DNA of 64,000 nucleotides, taken from positions 7,041-71,040 of the IMG/VR virus record IMGVR_UViG_3300028581_000036; one strand, given 5' to 3'. The position numbers and the translations under genes were made by a program. Each line of letters begins with the position of its first letter. Position 1 is the stretch's first letter. The notes beneath the pieces were generated by a model. The model searched no databases. It saw nothing but the letters and a program-made list of their open reading frames with translations, and was not told the origin of the DNA. Source of the stretch: a virus. Positions 44,405-54,263 of the stretch are shown piece by piece.

Positions 44405-45907
44405 ATGCAAAAATTTACTACATATATTACAGAGAGTTTAAATTCATCGAAATTTAAAAATACTGATGCGTTAAACGAGGCTAAAAAGGAAGATGCTATG
44501 AAAGTGGTATTGCTTTCTAATATGAACAGTAGCTCATATAGTATAAAAGAATTTGAAAAAGAGTTTAAAAGAAATGGTATAGATTACAAAATAATTAATA
44601 TTGGTTCTTGTAAACTTAAAAAGGGTAAAGCAGATACTGGTGATTTCATAATAAGTGACGAAAACACTAAAGATTTTATTATCAACGGTCAAGATACTGT
44701 AATTCTAACCAGAAGAGGCGTAATAAGAAGTACATACACAAGAAACCTAGTAGAGACATTAGAAAATTCAGGATTTTTTGTTTTGAATACGATTGAATCT
44801 ATAATGATTTGCGAGAACAAATACATTACATCTAATAAACTAATAGAAGCAGATGTGCCTACGCCAAAATCTGCAATTATCGAAAATGAAAATTATATAG
44901 AAAGTGCAGTCGAAGAAATAGGAGGTAAATTTCCTGTTATACTAAAAACGCTTTCTGGCTCACATGGAATAGGTGTGTCAATAATAGAATCAGCAGAGTC
45001 TCTTAGGTCTGTTTTACAGACTGTTTGGAAAGTATCTAATAACATAGAAGTTATGGTACAGGAGATGATAAACTCTACTTATGACCTGCGTATACATGTA
45101 CTATGTAAAAAATTTAATTCACCTGTACCTGAAAAAGATGACTTTGTTATCCTGGGTGCAATGAAGAGAAATAAAATTAAAAAGGATTTCAGGACTAATT
45201 ATTCGCTAGGAGGAACTGTAGAAAAGGTTAAATTAACAAAGGAACAAGAACAGATTGCAATAGATGCAGCTAAAGCTACAGGTTGCAACTGGTGTGGTGT
45301 AGATATTATAGTTGACAAGAATAAAAACAACTATGTGCTAGAAGTTAACTCTTCGCCTGGTACAAAAGGTATCAAAGAAGCTACAGGTATAAATATCGTA
45401 AAAGATATTGTTGAATTTATTTCTGACAAAGAAAATTGGACAAGAAATCATAGTATAATAGGTTATAGAGAACTTATAGAAGTACCCGGTATAGGTAAAA
45501 TGGTTGCTAAGTTCGACACAGGCAACGGAAGTGCTTCCAGTTCTATAACTTATGATGAAATTGATGTAGATGAAAAGAAGAAAACAGTAAGCTGGAAACT
45601 AGGTAATAAAAGTTTCAAAAATAAACTTATAGGCTATTCAACACCTGAGGTAGGAGACAGTGTTCAAAAAAGACCTGTTATTGAAATTGATATAATATTT
45701 GCTGGAAGATTATATAAAGATGTTAATATATCTTTGGTTGACAGAACTGAAAAGTCTACTAAATTTTTGGCAAATAGAGGTTTCATGGAAAGAATAGGTT
45801 GTACAGTAGACCCTGGAAAAACTTTTATACTTACAGAAGCCCCTGTTAATTATAACCCGGCTGAAAGTAAAGGTAAAAATCACCATGGAATAGAATTCAT
45901 AAAATAA
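44405..45907 (+). CDS. rimK: RimK-family ATP-grasp ligase fused to RimB/aspartic-protease-like domain
   Basis: ENKY, FPVILKTLSGSHGIGV, QEMI, DLRIHV, FRTNYSLGG, GVDII, LEVNSSPG; C-terminal AKFDTGNG...RP...LVDR...FLANR. Confidence 0.85.
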   Translation: MQKFTTYITESLNSSKFKNTDALNEAKKEDAMKVVLLSNMNSSSYSIKEFEKEFKRNGIDYKIINIGSCKLKKGKADTGDFIISDENTKDFIINGQDTVILTRRGVIRSTYTRNLVETLENSGFFVLNTIESIMICENKYITSNKLIEADVPTPKSAIIENENYIESAVEEIGGKFPVILKTLSGSHGIGVSIIESAESLRSVLQTVWKVSNNIEVMVQEMINSTYDLRIHVLCKKFNSPVPEKDDFVILGAMKRNKIKKDFRTNYSLGGTVEKVKLTKEQEQIAIDAAKATGCNWCGVDIIVDKNKNNYVLEVNSSPGTKGIKEATGINIVKDIVEFISDKENWTRNHSIIGYRELIEVPGIGKMVAKFDTGNGSASSSITYDEIDVDEKKKTVSWKLGNKSFKNKLIGYSTPEVGDSVQKRPVIEIDIIFAGRLYKDVNISLVDRTEKSTKFLANRGFMERIGCTVDPGKTFILTEAPVNYNPAESKGKNHHGIEFIK

Positions 45908-46266
45908 TGGCAGATCTTTATACTAAAATAGAAGGTGACCCAGGATTCACTGAAGATAAAATAGAGATCACTACCGATCTTGAATATCTCTTGACTCAAA
46001 TTGAAATAATTCTCTTTACTGAAAAGACTGAAGTCTTAGGTTCTCATTTACTTGGAGCTGATCTTAACAGAATGATATTTGAAACTAATATATCTGCATC
46101 AATGATTGAGGAAATAATAACAGAGCAAATAAGGTCTTACTGCCCGCTTTCAAATACATACAATGTAAAGGCATCTTGTAATTTTTTTAAGGGTGTCGAA
46201 AGAGATGTCGCACTATTAGATATAATCATAAATGATAATCTTGTAATGGGTATGACTTTTGCATAA
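45907..46266 (+). CDS. baseplate wedge protein (T4 gp25-like)
   Basis: ILFTEKTEVLG...LGADL...IFE; directly before gp6-like gene. Confidence 0.7.
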   Translation: MADLYTKIEGDPGFTEDKIEITTDLEYLLTQIEIILFTEKTEVLGSHLLGADLNRMIFETNISASMIEEIITEQIRSYCPLSNTYNVKASCNFFKGVERDVALLDIIINDNLVMGMTFA

Positions 46267-46279
46267 ATAAATACTAATA

Positions 46280-48112
46280 ATGGCTACTAAAAAAGATAAC
46301 TATACGTTTTTAAATAAAGCAAGAATATTAGGTGAACAGATCTATGAAGATTCTGTTAATTATCTTACTAGGTCTTATCAGAATTTTTCAAAAATATTTA
46401 CTCCAAGTTCACCGTTTGGCCAGCTACTGTCTGTTATGAGTAACATAGGCGAGCTGATAATGTATTATATCACGGATGCCACCAATGAGAACAATATCAT
46501 AACTGCTAATAATCTAGAATCAATATATGGCCTTTCTGCATTAACAGGGCATATTCCATCTAGGCCTGTAAGTGCACTAGGTGAAGTTCGCTTTAAATTT
46601 AAACCAGGTAAACAGGCAGAATTTCCAGGTGCTTATATACTAGTTCCTAATAAATGCGTTTTAAGGAATTCTGGAAATGGTATTAAATATACTGTACGTT
46701 TTAATACTGACTATATAAAAGTTGAGAAAAATAATGTTCAATTTATATATGCTAATATTATTCAAGGTGAATTTGAATCGCAGCGTGTAATTGGAAACGG
46801 TGCTCCGCTTCAATCTTTTAATTTAACTACACCTGGGCTTGTAGAAAATGATAATATAAGAGTTTATGTCAATGGTGAACTTTGGCAATTATATGATTCT
46901 TTGTATGATATGACTAAGGGAGCAAAAGGTGCACTTGTAAGAACAGGGCTTGGAGGCGGTATAGATATATTCTTTGGTAATGGTTTTTTTGGAATGGTAC
47001 CAGGACTTGGTTCATTCATAGATGTCGAGTATTTAGTAACAGCAGGCTCAGCCGGTAATACAAGTGCAAACGCAGAACCTGTTATTTTCAAATTTGAAGA
47101 TACTGGCCGAGATGTAAACGGTGATGAAGTTGACTTAAATAAATTTTTATTAATAGAAACTTCAAAAAATCCAACATTGGGTTCAGATGAGGAGAATCCT
47201 TCATTTACAAAATTAATAGCACCTCTTGCTAGTAAATCTTTTGTACTTGCTAATCCTGAAAATTATGAATATTTCCTTTCTAAATTTAATTACTTTTCAT
47301 ATATTGATGCTTTCAATCAAACTGACGATGAATATTTAGACGATGATAATATCATTTACTTATTCTTACTTCCAGATATAAGTAGAAAATTAAGTTCTGA
47401 TGAAGATTATTTTTCTTTACCATTGTCTGAATTTACAATAACAGGCGACGAAAAGAAAATAATCGTAGCAGCAATAAATGAAAGTGGTAGACAATTAACA
47501 AGTACTGAATTACAATTCATAGATCCTCTAATTAAAAAATATGCAGTTAATGTAGTATTAAGGACAATTGAAGGATATGATGTAGGTGTAATTAGAAATA
47601 AAATCAGAACATCTCTTAATGATTATTTCTTAAATATAAAAAGACGTGATAAAATTCCAAAAAGTGATCTTATAGCAATTATAGAAGGAATTGAAGGAGT
47701 AGACTCTGTTAATGTATTTTTTGTTTCTGAAGAAAATGAGACAGCAATTAAAAATGGTTACTACATAAAGAAGACATATAAAGTTTCACCTACTACTCCT
47801 TTTTTACAAGAAGGTGAAGGTAATAAAAAGAGATACGTTTTCTTTAATAAAGAACTTATTGAAACTAAAATTACGATAGCTGCTAACCAAGATCCTAATC
47901 TTGGTTTAGATGAGTTCGGTGATATAACAATTGGCTTAACGGACTTAGCTGTAATAAGAGGCGGATGGCAAGACAGAGACGGTGTGTATTATGAAGATAC
48001 ACCAACTGAAGGAAAATCTTCATCATTAAATATTTACTTTAACGGTACAGTATCTGATTCTATAAGCAATAGAAAAATGTATAACAATAAAAATTTAATT
48101 AAAAATTCATAA
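46280..48112 (+). CDS. baseplate wedge protein (T4 gp6/baseplate J-like)
   Basis: FGNGFFGMVP...VEYLVTAGSAGN; GSDEE; IEGIEGVDSV. Confidence 0.8.
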   Translation: MATKKDNYTFLNKARILGEQIYEDSVNYLTRSYQNFSKIFTPSSPFGQLLSVMSNIGELIMYYITDATNENNIITANNLESIYGLSALTGHIPSRPVSALGEVRFKFKPGKQAEFPGAYILVPNKCVLRNSGNGIKYTVRFNTDYIKVEKNNVQFIYANIIQGEFESQRVIGNGAPLQSFNLTTPGLVENDNIRVYVNGELWQLYDSLYDMTKGAKGALVRTGLGGGIDIFFGNGFFGMVPGLGSFIDVEYLVTAGSAGNTSANAEPVIFKFEDTGRDVNGDEVDLNKFLLIETSKNPTLGSDEENPSFTKLIAPLASKSFVLANPENYEYFLSKFNYFSYIDAFNQTDDEYLDDDNIIYLFLLPDISRKLSSDEDYFSLPLSEFTITGDEKKIIVAAINESGRQLTSTELQFIDPLIKKYAVNVVLRTIEGYDVGVIRNKIRTSLNDYFLNIKRRDKIPKSDLIAIIEGIEGVDSVNVFFVSEENETAIKNGYYIKKTYKVSPTTPFLQEGEGNKKRYVFFNKELIETKITIAANQDPNLGLDEFGDITIGLTDLAVIRGGWQDRDGVYYEDTPTEGKSSSLNIYFNGTVSDSISNRKMYNNKNLIKNS

Positions 48113-48113
48113 T

Positions 48114-48395
48114 ATGCCCTGGAGTGATGATATACTAACCGATAGCTTTTCGTATAAGAAGAAAAGTTTATATAAGCTTGCAAGAAACAGGGGTGAACAG
48201 AGATTAAACCTTTCATTTGATTATACAAATGATGTTATAACGAGGACAATTTCAAATCACCTATTAAGGGTTCCTATTATAGCTTATTTTGCAGTTTATC
48301 TAAACGATTACTTTGTTAATTTAATAAACACAGTAAAGATAATTAAGATATTCAGGGTATTTAGCGTAGATAAAGATTATGAGTATATAAACTAA
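48114..48395 (+). CDS. hypothetical structural-module protein
   Basis: 93 aa, coupled in baseplate operon. Confidence 0.65.
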   Translation: MPWSDDILTDSFSYKKKSLYKLARNRGEQRLNLSFDYTNDVITRTISNHLLRVPIIAYFAVYLNDYFVNLINTVKIIKIFRVFSVDKDYEYIN

Positions 48396-51300
48396 TGCCA
48401 GCGAATCAATATTTTAAATTTTTAGGGTTTTTTGACAAACAGGGATATGATCTAAATTTTGATTATGATGCATCTCTTGATATATGGACAGGTTCTATTA
48501 ATCTGCCACAGGTTTCTGTAGGCTTATATGAAACGGTAACTATTGTTTTACTTGAGCAATTTTTGACAACCGGTGGTTTAACTAAATGGGGTATTCCACA
48601 TTACAGTGATCCTTTTTATAACTTTACTGGAACATATACTACACCGACGTGGAAAGCTTATTGGGAAGATGAAACTCCTGATAATGATATGTTTATATTA
48701 TTTACATTTGATTTGTCTAAGGAAAAACCCCTGTTGAATATTGTCACAGAAGCAATTATAGACGTTGATATAGATACTACAGAGACTGTCAATTCAACAG
48801 GTGAAAAGATTACAAACGTAATAACAAATAGAGGTTTACAATTTAATGTAGCTTTAAGTTCAGACACTGAAGGTATATACGAGAGATATTTAATTATACA
48901 AGAAGATGGCACTGGTAATACAATTGCCAGAATTAAATTCTACGGCGAAGTAATAGGTGAAGACGAGAGGTTAACTGTATTAATGCAGAATCTTGGTTAT
49001 AGATTATATGAAGATGACTATATCGCATTTAGAAGCTCTGACATAAATGAAGCATTACCAGATTATCAGATAATGAATCAGAAGCGTAAGGAAATGCTTC
49101 TAGAAGGTAAGAATATTCAACCATTTATTGGTTCATATAAAGGTGTTATAAATGCCATTAAATTTTTTGGTTATGATAATATAAAGCTTAAAGAATACTG
49201 GCTTAATATAGATAGCACGTCGCAAAATTATGGTAAATATAAGACCAGTACTGTAATAGATATATTTGACAGGGCTGTAAATTTTAATGATGAGGGAGTT
49301 TATCTACCTAATAAAATTTATAAGAAGACTTCTTTATTTGCACTTGTTTATAGAATAAATGAAGTTACAAATTATCTAGATGAATATGACATACCTGTAG
49401 TAACTGAGTCCAGTGATTTTACACTGGAAGAGGCTTTAATTAAATTATACGGATTAAAGGAAGTTTTAAGAAAAAGATATTTGCCTTCCAGTTCAAGAAT
49501 AATCGATATAATTGGTGAAGCAGATTATTTTGGTAAAACAACTACTTCAGTTTGGAATGACCAACAAAGAATTGATAACTTAAAGATAGGAATTACACCT
49601 AAAATTGAAGTTACACCAAAGTATGGTTATATAGAAGATTTAAGACCGTTATCTGAACTTTTTTCTCCGGAGTATTCACCTTATTTTTTAAATAGATATT
49701 CACTTATAGGTGACAGCGATCTTGGTAATAGAGTAGTAGGTGATATAGGACCTGTGTTATTGGCATATTTTCAAAACTACGGACCTAATATTGATACCAT
49801 TGCTAAATTACCAGATAAGCCTGGTATACCTGTTGGTATGCCTGTTGTTTTAGAAAACAAAAGTTTTATTATAACCTGGGACGAAGCTGAAGTTTCATGG
49901 GATGAACTCTGGGCAAATGGTAGTTTAATCATGGACTTTATACCGACTGGCGTTGGAACAGGTGATGAATTTAGAATTACTAATTCAACTACAGGCCAGT
50001 ATATTAGTTATACTGCTTTACCAGGCGATGGCGCACTTGAAGTATCTACAGGTTTATTAACATCATTAATTGCTGCGTCAAATACAGGTGACGGAAGACC
50101 TTGGATATATTTTTCAGGCAGTTTAGCCGATGCTAATAATGACAGTATAAATGAAAGACTGAGACTTAGGCAAATTATAGGAGGTAACTTCAATGTAGAT
50201 TTACAAGCTTCTGTAATAGATAATGCTCTTGTCGGCACACCTAAGCTTACAAAAGCGTATACATCCGGAAGTAGCTTATTAAGCTGGGACACATTTGGTC
50301 AGAATAATTTTTATGAAATGGAATGGCATATCTTCAAGAGCCAGGATGACACTCCAGCTTATGATTATTCAGTCAGAGGCGATATAGCTACATATAATAC
50401 TATAGCAATTAATTTACCTTATTCAGGTTACTATAACGTTGAATTAAGACTGTATGATACGTTTAATAATATGTCTTCTAAGATATACAAAGACTATATT
50501 CAAGCAGTTTCTAAACAATCTGAATTTATAGGGTTTTACAAGTTTAGAGAAAAGGAATATACCTGGAATAGTATATTCAATATGAAAGAAATTTATCCAC
50601 CTACAAAAAATGCAAGCATTGAAGAACTGAGCAGAAGATATCCTCAATATGTATGGAATGAATATGGATCAAGCTGGGATTTACCAATAGCTCCATCATC
50701 AATACAATTTGACGGACAGGCCAGTCTTTACGAATCACTTGATCGTGCAAATTATATTTTAAATAATAGTAATCCTGACCAGGCACTTTGCTATCATTAC
50801 ACAAATCCAGAAGCACCTATAGATAATGTACTGTTTACACCAGGTCCATACTTCTGGGATAATACAGCAGGTGGAACCTGGAATGACGGTTACCATATAT
50901 GGTGGCAGTCATGTAAAGTAAGTGGTGATACACCAGCTAACTTTAGAATATATTCAATAACTGCAAGTGAAAGTATGACAATGTCTCAAAGATATCCAAG
51001 AATAGCAACAAGTACATATTATTTTACTACTGCTGACCTTGATGCTGAAGCAGATGCATTAAATCAAACATTAGATCCTGTTTTTAGTAAATTTGTATAT
51101 AATAAAGTCTATAGTATTGGAGCAGGTTCTGTACCTGTACTTGAATTTGTACAAGCTGTTGCTAAAATAACAGGCCAAAACGGTGACTGGACGGATTTTA
51201 CATGGAATACCTCTAACATTGACATACGTTACGATCAGCTTACTGAGATTAATAATCCAACATATAACGACGTAAGATTTTTAACTGACGCTAAAATTTT

Positions 51301-51535
51301 ACCTAAAATGACACATCTAACATTTACTTATGATATGTCAAAAATACCTGGAAAAGATTTACCAGAATGGTCTTTAACTAATATTGACAGTCCTGATACT
51401 GATGATATATACTTTACTGGTAGATGGTTTACATATTTGTTTAAACGAAGTGGCAGATATGAACTGAGTCTACAGCTTCAAGATACAAATGGTAATAAAA
51501 GTAAAACTACCAAAAATATATTAATAATAAAATAA
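48395..51535 (+). CDS. large baseplate wedge protein (gp7-like position) with PKD-like segments
   Basis: IGSYKGVINAIKFFGY; GYYNVELRLYD; GRYELSLQLQDTNGN. Confidence 0.6.
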   Translation: MPANQYFKFLGFFDKQGYDLNFDYDASLDIWTGSINLPQVSVGLYETVTIVLLEQFLTTGGLTKWGIPHYSDPFYNFTGTYTTPTWKAYWEDETPDNDMFILFTFDLSKEKPLLNIVTEAIIDVDIDTTETVNSTGEKITNVITNRGLQFNVALSSDTEGIYERYLIIQEDGTGNTIARIKFYGEVIGEDERLTVLMQNLGYRLYEDDYIAFRSSDINEALPDYQIMNQKRKEMLLEGKNIQPFIGSYKGVINAIKFFGYDNIKLKEYWLNIDSTSQNYGKYKTSTVIDIFDRAVNFNDEGVYLPNKIYKKTSLFALVYRINEVTNYLDEYDIPVVTESSDFTLEEALIKLYGLKEVLRKRYLPSSSRIIDIIGEADYFGKTTTSVWNDQQRIDNLKIGITPKIEVTPKYGYIEDLRPLSELFSPEYSPYFLNRYSLIGDSDLGNRVVGDIGPVLLAYFQNYGPNIDTIAKLPDKPGIPVGMPVVLENKSFIITWDEAEVSWDELWANGSLIMDFIPTGVGTGDEFRITNSTTGQYISYTALPGDGALEVSTGLLTSLIAASNTGDGRPWIYFSGSLADANNDSINERLRLRQIIGGNFNVDLQASVIDNALVGTPKLTKAYTSGSSLLSWDTFGQNNFYEMEWHIFKSQDDTPAYDYSVRGDIATYNTIAINLPYSGYYNVELRLYDTFNNMSSKIYKDYIQAVSKQSEFIGFYKFREKEYTWNSIFNMKEIYPPTKNASIEELSRRYPQYVWNEYGSSWDLPIAPSSIQFDGQASLYESLDRANYILNNSNPDQALCYHYTNPEAPIDNVLFTPGPYFWDNTAGGTWNDGYHIWWQSCKVSGDTPANFRIYSITASESMTMSQRYPRIATSTYYFTTADLDAEADALNQTLDPVFSKFVYNKVYSIGAGSVPVLEFVQAVAKITGQNGDWTDFTWNTSNIDIRYDQLTEINNPTYNDVRFLTDAKILPKMTHLTFTYDMSKIPGKDLPEWSLTNIDSPDTDDIYFTGRWFTYLFKRSGRYELSLQLQDTNGNKSKTTKNILIIK

Positions 51536-51541
51536 AAAGAC

Positions 51542-52177
51542 ATGGCGATAACTATTACTCAAATTCTTGGCACAGATTCGCTTACAGCATCTAGACCAAT
51601 TATTAACGATAATTTCAACATCTTAAAAGATGAAATAAATTCACTAGAATCTTATATTGATCCAGATGCTGGAACAATCGATGGTTTAAGTTCTTTGCAA
51701 ACTACTGAGCTTTATGTAGGACCTATTACAGGTTACTATATGGAAATAAATGGTTCTACTTTTAATATTAATACGCCTGCTGTATTTACTTCTACGACTT
51801 CTAGTATTACTTTTAATGGTCGTATTGCACACGATAGTTTTAGTGTATTAGATTCTAGTATTACAACTTCAGCTTATATACTTGATCCTGCAACAGGACG
51901 TGGTAATTACAGTGTAATTCATACTACAACTGGTTCTTATACTATATCTGTTAATGATGGATTACCTGGACAGGAGTTAACATTCTTCTGTGAAAATTTA
52001 TCGGGCGGTTCTATTGATATAATACAAGGTAGTTCATCTAATTTTACATTAGCAGGATCACTTTCAACAATAAGTTTAAATGATATAGGCTCAACTGTAA
52101 CACTACGCTTCATGACAGATTCTTCTGGAAATGAATCATGGTATATAGTAGGATCTTATGACGTAACATTATCATAA
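51542..52177 (+). CDS. virion structural protein
   Basis: DSLTASRPIINDNF fibre-attachment-like N-terminus; Ser/Thr-rich. Confidence 0.6.
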   Translation: MAITITQILGTDSLTASRPIINDNFNILKDEINSLESYIDPDAGTIDGLSSLQTTELYVGPITGYYMEINGSTFNINTPAVFTSTTSSITFNGRIAHDSFSVLDSSITTSAYILDPATGRGNYSVIHTTTGSYTISVNDGLPGQELTFFCENLSGGSIDIIQGSSSNFTLAGSLSTISLNDIGSTVTLRFMTDSSGNESWYIVGSYDVTLS

Positions 52178-52180
52178 TAA

Positions 52181-54262
52181 ATGGCAACACCTTTAATAAG
52201 AATACCACAGGTCAGTGGAGGAGTTTTTTATGCTTTTGCATCTGCGTCTAAAGACCTGTCTAAAACTTTTAATAACGACCAACTTAAATTTCAATTTTCT
52301 AAATATGCTCTGTTAAATATACCTAATATACAGGTACCTCAGCATAAAGAAAATTTCATACAGTTTTTAACTATAGAGGGTGCGCTTATTGCTAACCAAG
52401 GTTCGCCTAATGCGGATAATAATGTTAATTTAGCCGAGTCATTCCAGAACTACGCATTAAACCTGGAAGCACTTCTAATGGCTGATAATGATTTTGACAC
52501 TTCTCTTAAAAGATCAGTTTCAGAAAGGGTATTTTTTAAATGGTTGAAAGAAATAGGTGCACTTCGTTTTAGAAATGCAACCAGCACTGAAAAAAGCGTT
52601 TCAGCGCCGACTAATTTATTTGTAGAAGAAGATACTGCAACAAGCGGAACACGGAGGTATACAAGAGTCGTTGAATATCTAGGTGATATAGATGTTACTA
52701 ATAACGTAGATAAAGGCGGTCAAGCATATACAGAAATTTATTTTAATGTACCTACCAAGGTTGGTAATACACCTGTTGTACTTTTTAATTCAGTATCTGA
52801 TGCTAATTACATGCCGAACATGGTAGTTACCAATAACAGCGAGTACATATATGGTAGAAATTCATCTACTATTCAACCCGACGGTTTAAGTACTAACGCT
52901 TTTTATGACCAGGATACGATACCTCCTAGTCTTTCAAATTCACCAGATGCATGGTGGTGGTATCCAGAAAATACATTAAATAGTTATTTTACTGAAATAT
53001 CATTTAACGATATTACTACTGATGAAATATCAAAAACTGATACTGATTATACTTTTCCATTTACTACATTAAATTATTTAAGAAATAAACTGGACGGTAT
53101 TTCAGTAGACTGGACTTCTGATGATTATTATGACATTGCAGTAGATCCAAAAATTAGTACAATACAAGAATACAACTCATCGGCTAAAGCATCTAATTTT
53201 ACATTTAATGCCATCTTAGTTTATTATGATTTATATAACACTTCTTCACCTGATGAAAGATCTACAAATCTTTATGGTGTTATATTTCTAGATAATATTA
53301 CTGACACGCCTACAACAGGCTATATACAGAGATTTGAAAAATTCAAGCCTAATAAAATTACTGGTTTAAATGGTAATTCTTATGGTTTGAAACTTAACTT
53401 AAATTTTGACACAAGCGTTGATAATTCTACAATTGAAACAATCATCAATGATTACAGTCAATTTTCAATGGACTTATTTATAGATGCAAGCGTTCAGTTA
53501 CAGGAGTCAACAAGAGTTTTAATAGAATCTCAGAATCAGGTAATTGAATTAAATGACAGAGTTAATCAGCTTGAACTCATGATTTTTTCTAACGAAGATT
53601 TAACTGAAGTTAGAAATAGGATTACAGCACTTGAAGCGCAGGTTAATAATGCTCAACTTGCATTTTCGAGTTCAACTTCATTAATCGATCTTATAGCAAA
53701 TACAAATGATACTATAACACAAATAGTAAATGGTACTATACCTGTTAATTTACAATATAATGTAGATGTACTAAGAAACGGTACAGGTGTTTTATTAGAT
53801 AAGTCAACACCTAATCGAGTAAAAATAAACAACACTGTACAGGCGTTTAATGTTAATCTAATTTATAGCGATGGCAACTATAATACATTAATAAATTCAA
53901 CTTCACCGTTAAACATGAATGTTACAGGTGGAATTAAAGCTTATTTAAGACTTGAAGAGTTTACAAACATGATCAGAATACACACGGCTAACGCTGCGCA
54001 ATCTGATCTTAAAATATACATAGATGATAGTGCTATTAAATTCAAAGAAGGACAAAGTGTTAGATTTTCATTTGACACAACCTTGAATATGAATGGTAAA
54101 AACCTGATTATATATACTGATGCAAGTAATCGCTTCGGAGCAGGTGCACTAGGTCTTGTAATAGCTACAGTAGCAACTAATGATATATCAAGCAAACCGA
54201 TATTTGAGCTTACATGCTTAAACGAAACTGAATATACATTTGCAATAGACATATTAAGATAA
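52181..54262 (+). CDS. virion structural protein (baseplate region)
   Basis: 693 aa; FNAILVYYD, NLYGVIFLD; coiled-coil segment. Confidence 0.6.
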   Translation: MATPLIRIPQVSGGVFYAFASASKDLSKTFNNDQLKFQFSKYALLNIPNIQVPQHKENFIQFLTIEGALIANQGSPNADNNVNLAESFQNYALNLEALLMADNDFDTSLKRSVSERVFFKWLKEIGALRFRNATSTEKSVSAPTNLFVEEDTATSGTRRYTRVVEYLGDIDVTNNVDKGGQAYTEIYFNVPTKVGNTPVVLFNSVSDANYMPNMVVTNNSEYIYGRNSSTIQPDGLSTNAFYDQDTIPPSLSNSPDAWWWYPENTLNSYFTEISFNDITTDEISKTDTDYTFPFTTLNYLRNKLDGISVDWTSDDYYDIAVDPKISTIQEYNSSAKASNFTFNAILVYYDLYNTSSPDERSTNLYGVIFLDNITDTPTTGYIQRFEKFKPNKITGLNGNSYGLKLNLNFDTSVDNSTIETIINDYSQFSMDLFIDASVQLQESTRVLIESQNQVIELNDRVNQLELMIFSNEDLTEVRNRITALEAQVNNAQLAFSSSTSLIDLIANTNDTITQIVNGTIPVNLQYNVDVLRNGTGVLLDKSTPNRVKINNTVQAFNVNLIYSDGNYNTLINSTSPLNMNVTGGIKAYLRLEEFTNMIRIHTANAAQSDLKIYIDDSAIKFKEGQSVRFSFDTTLNMNGKNLIIYTDASNRFGAGALGLVIATVATNDISSKPIFELTCLNETEYTFAIDILR

Positions 54263-54263
54263 C

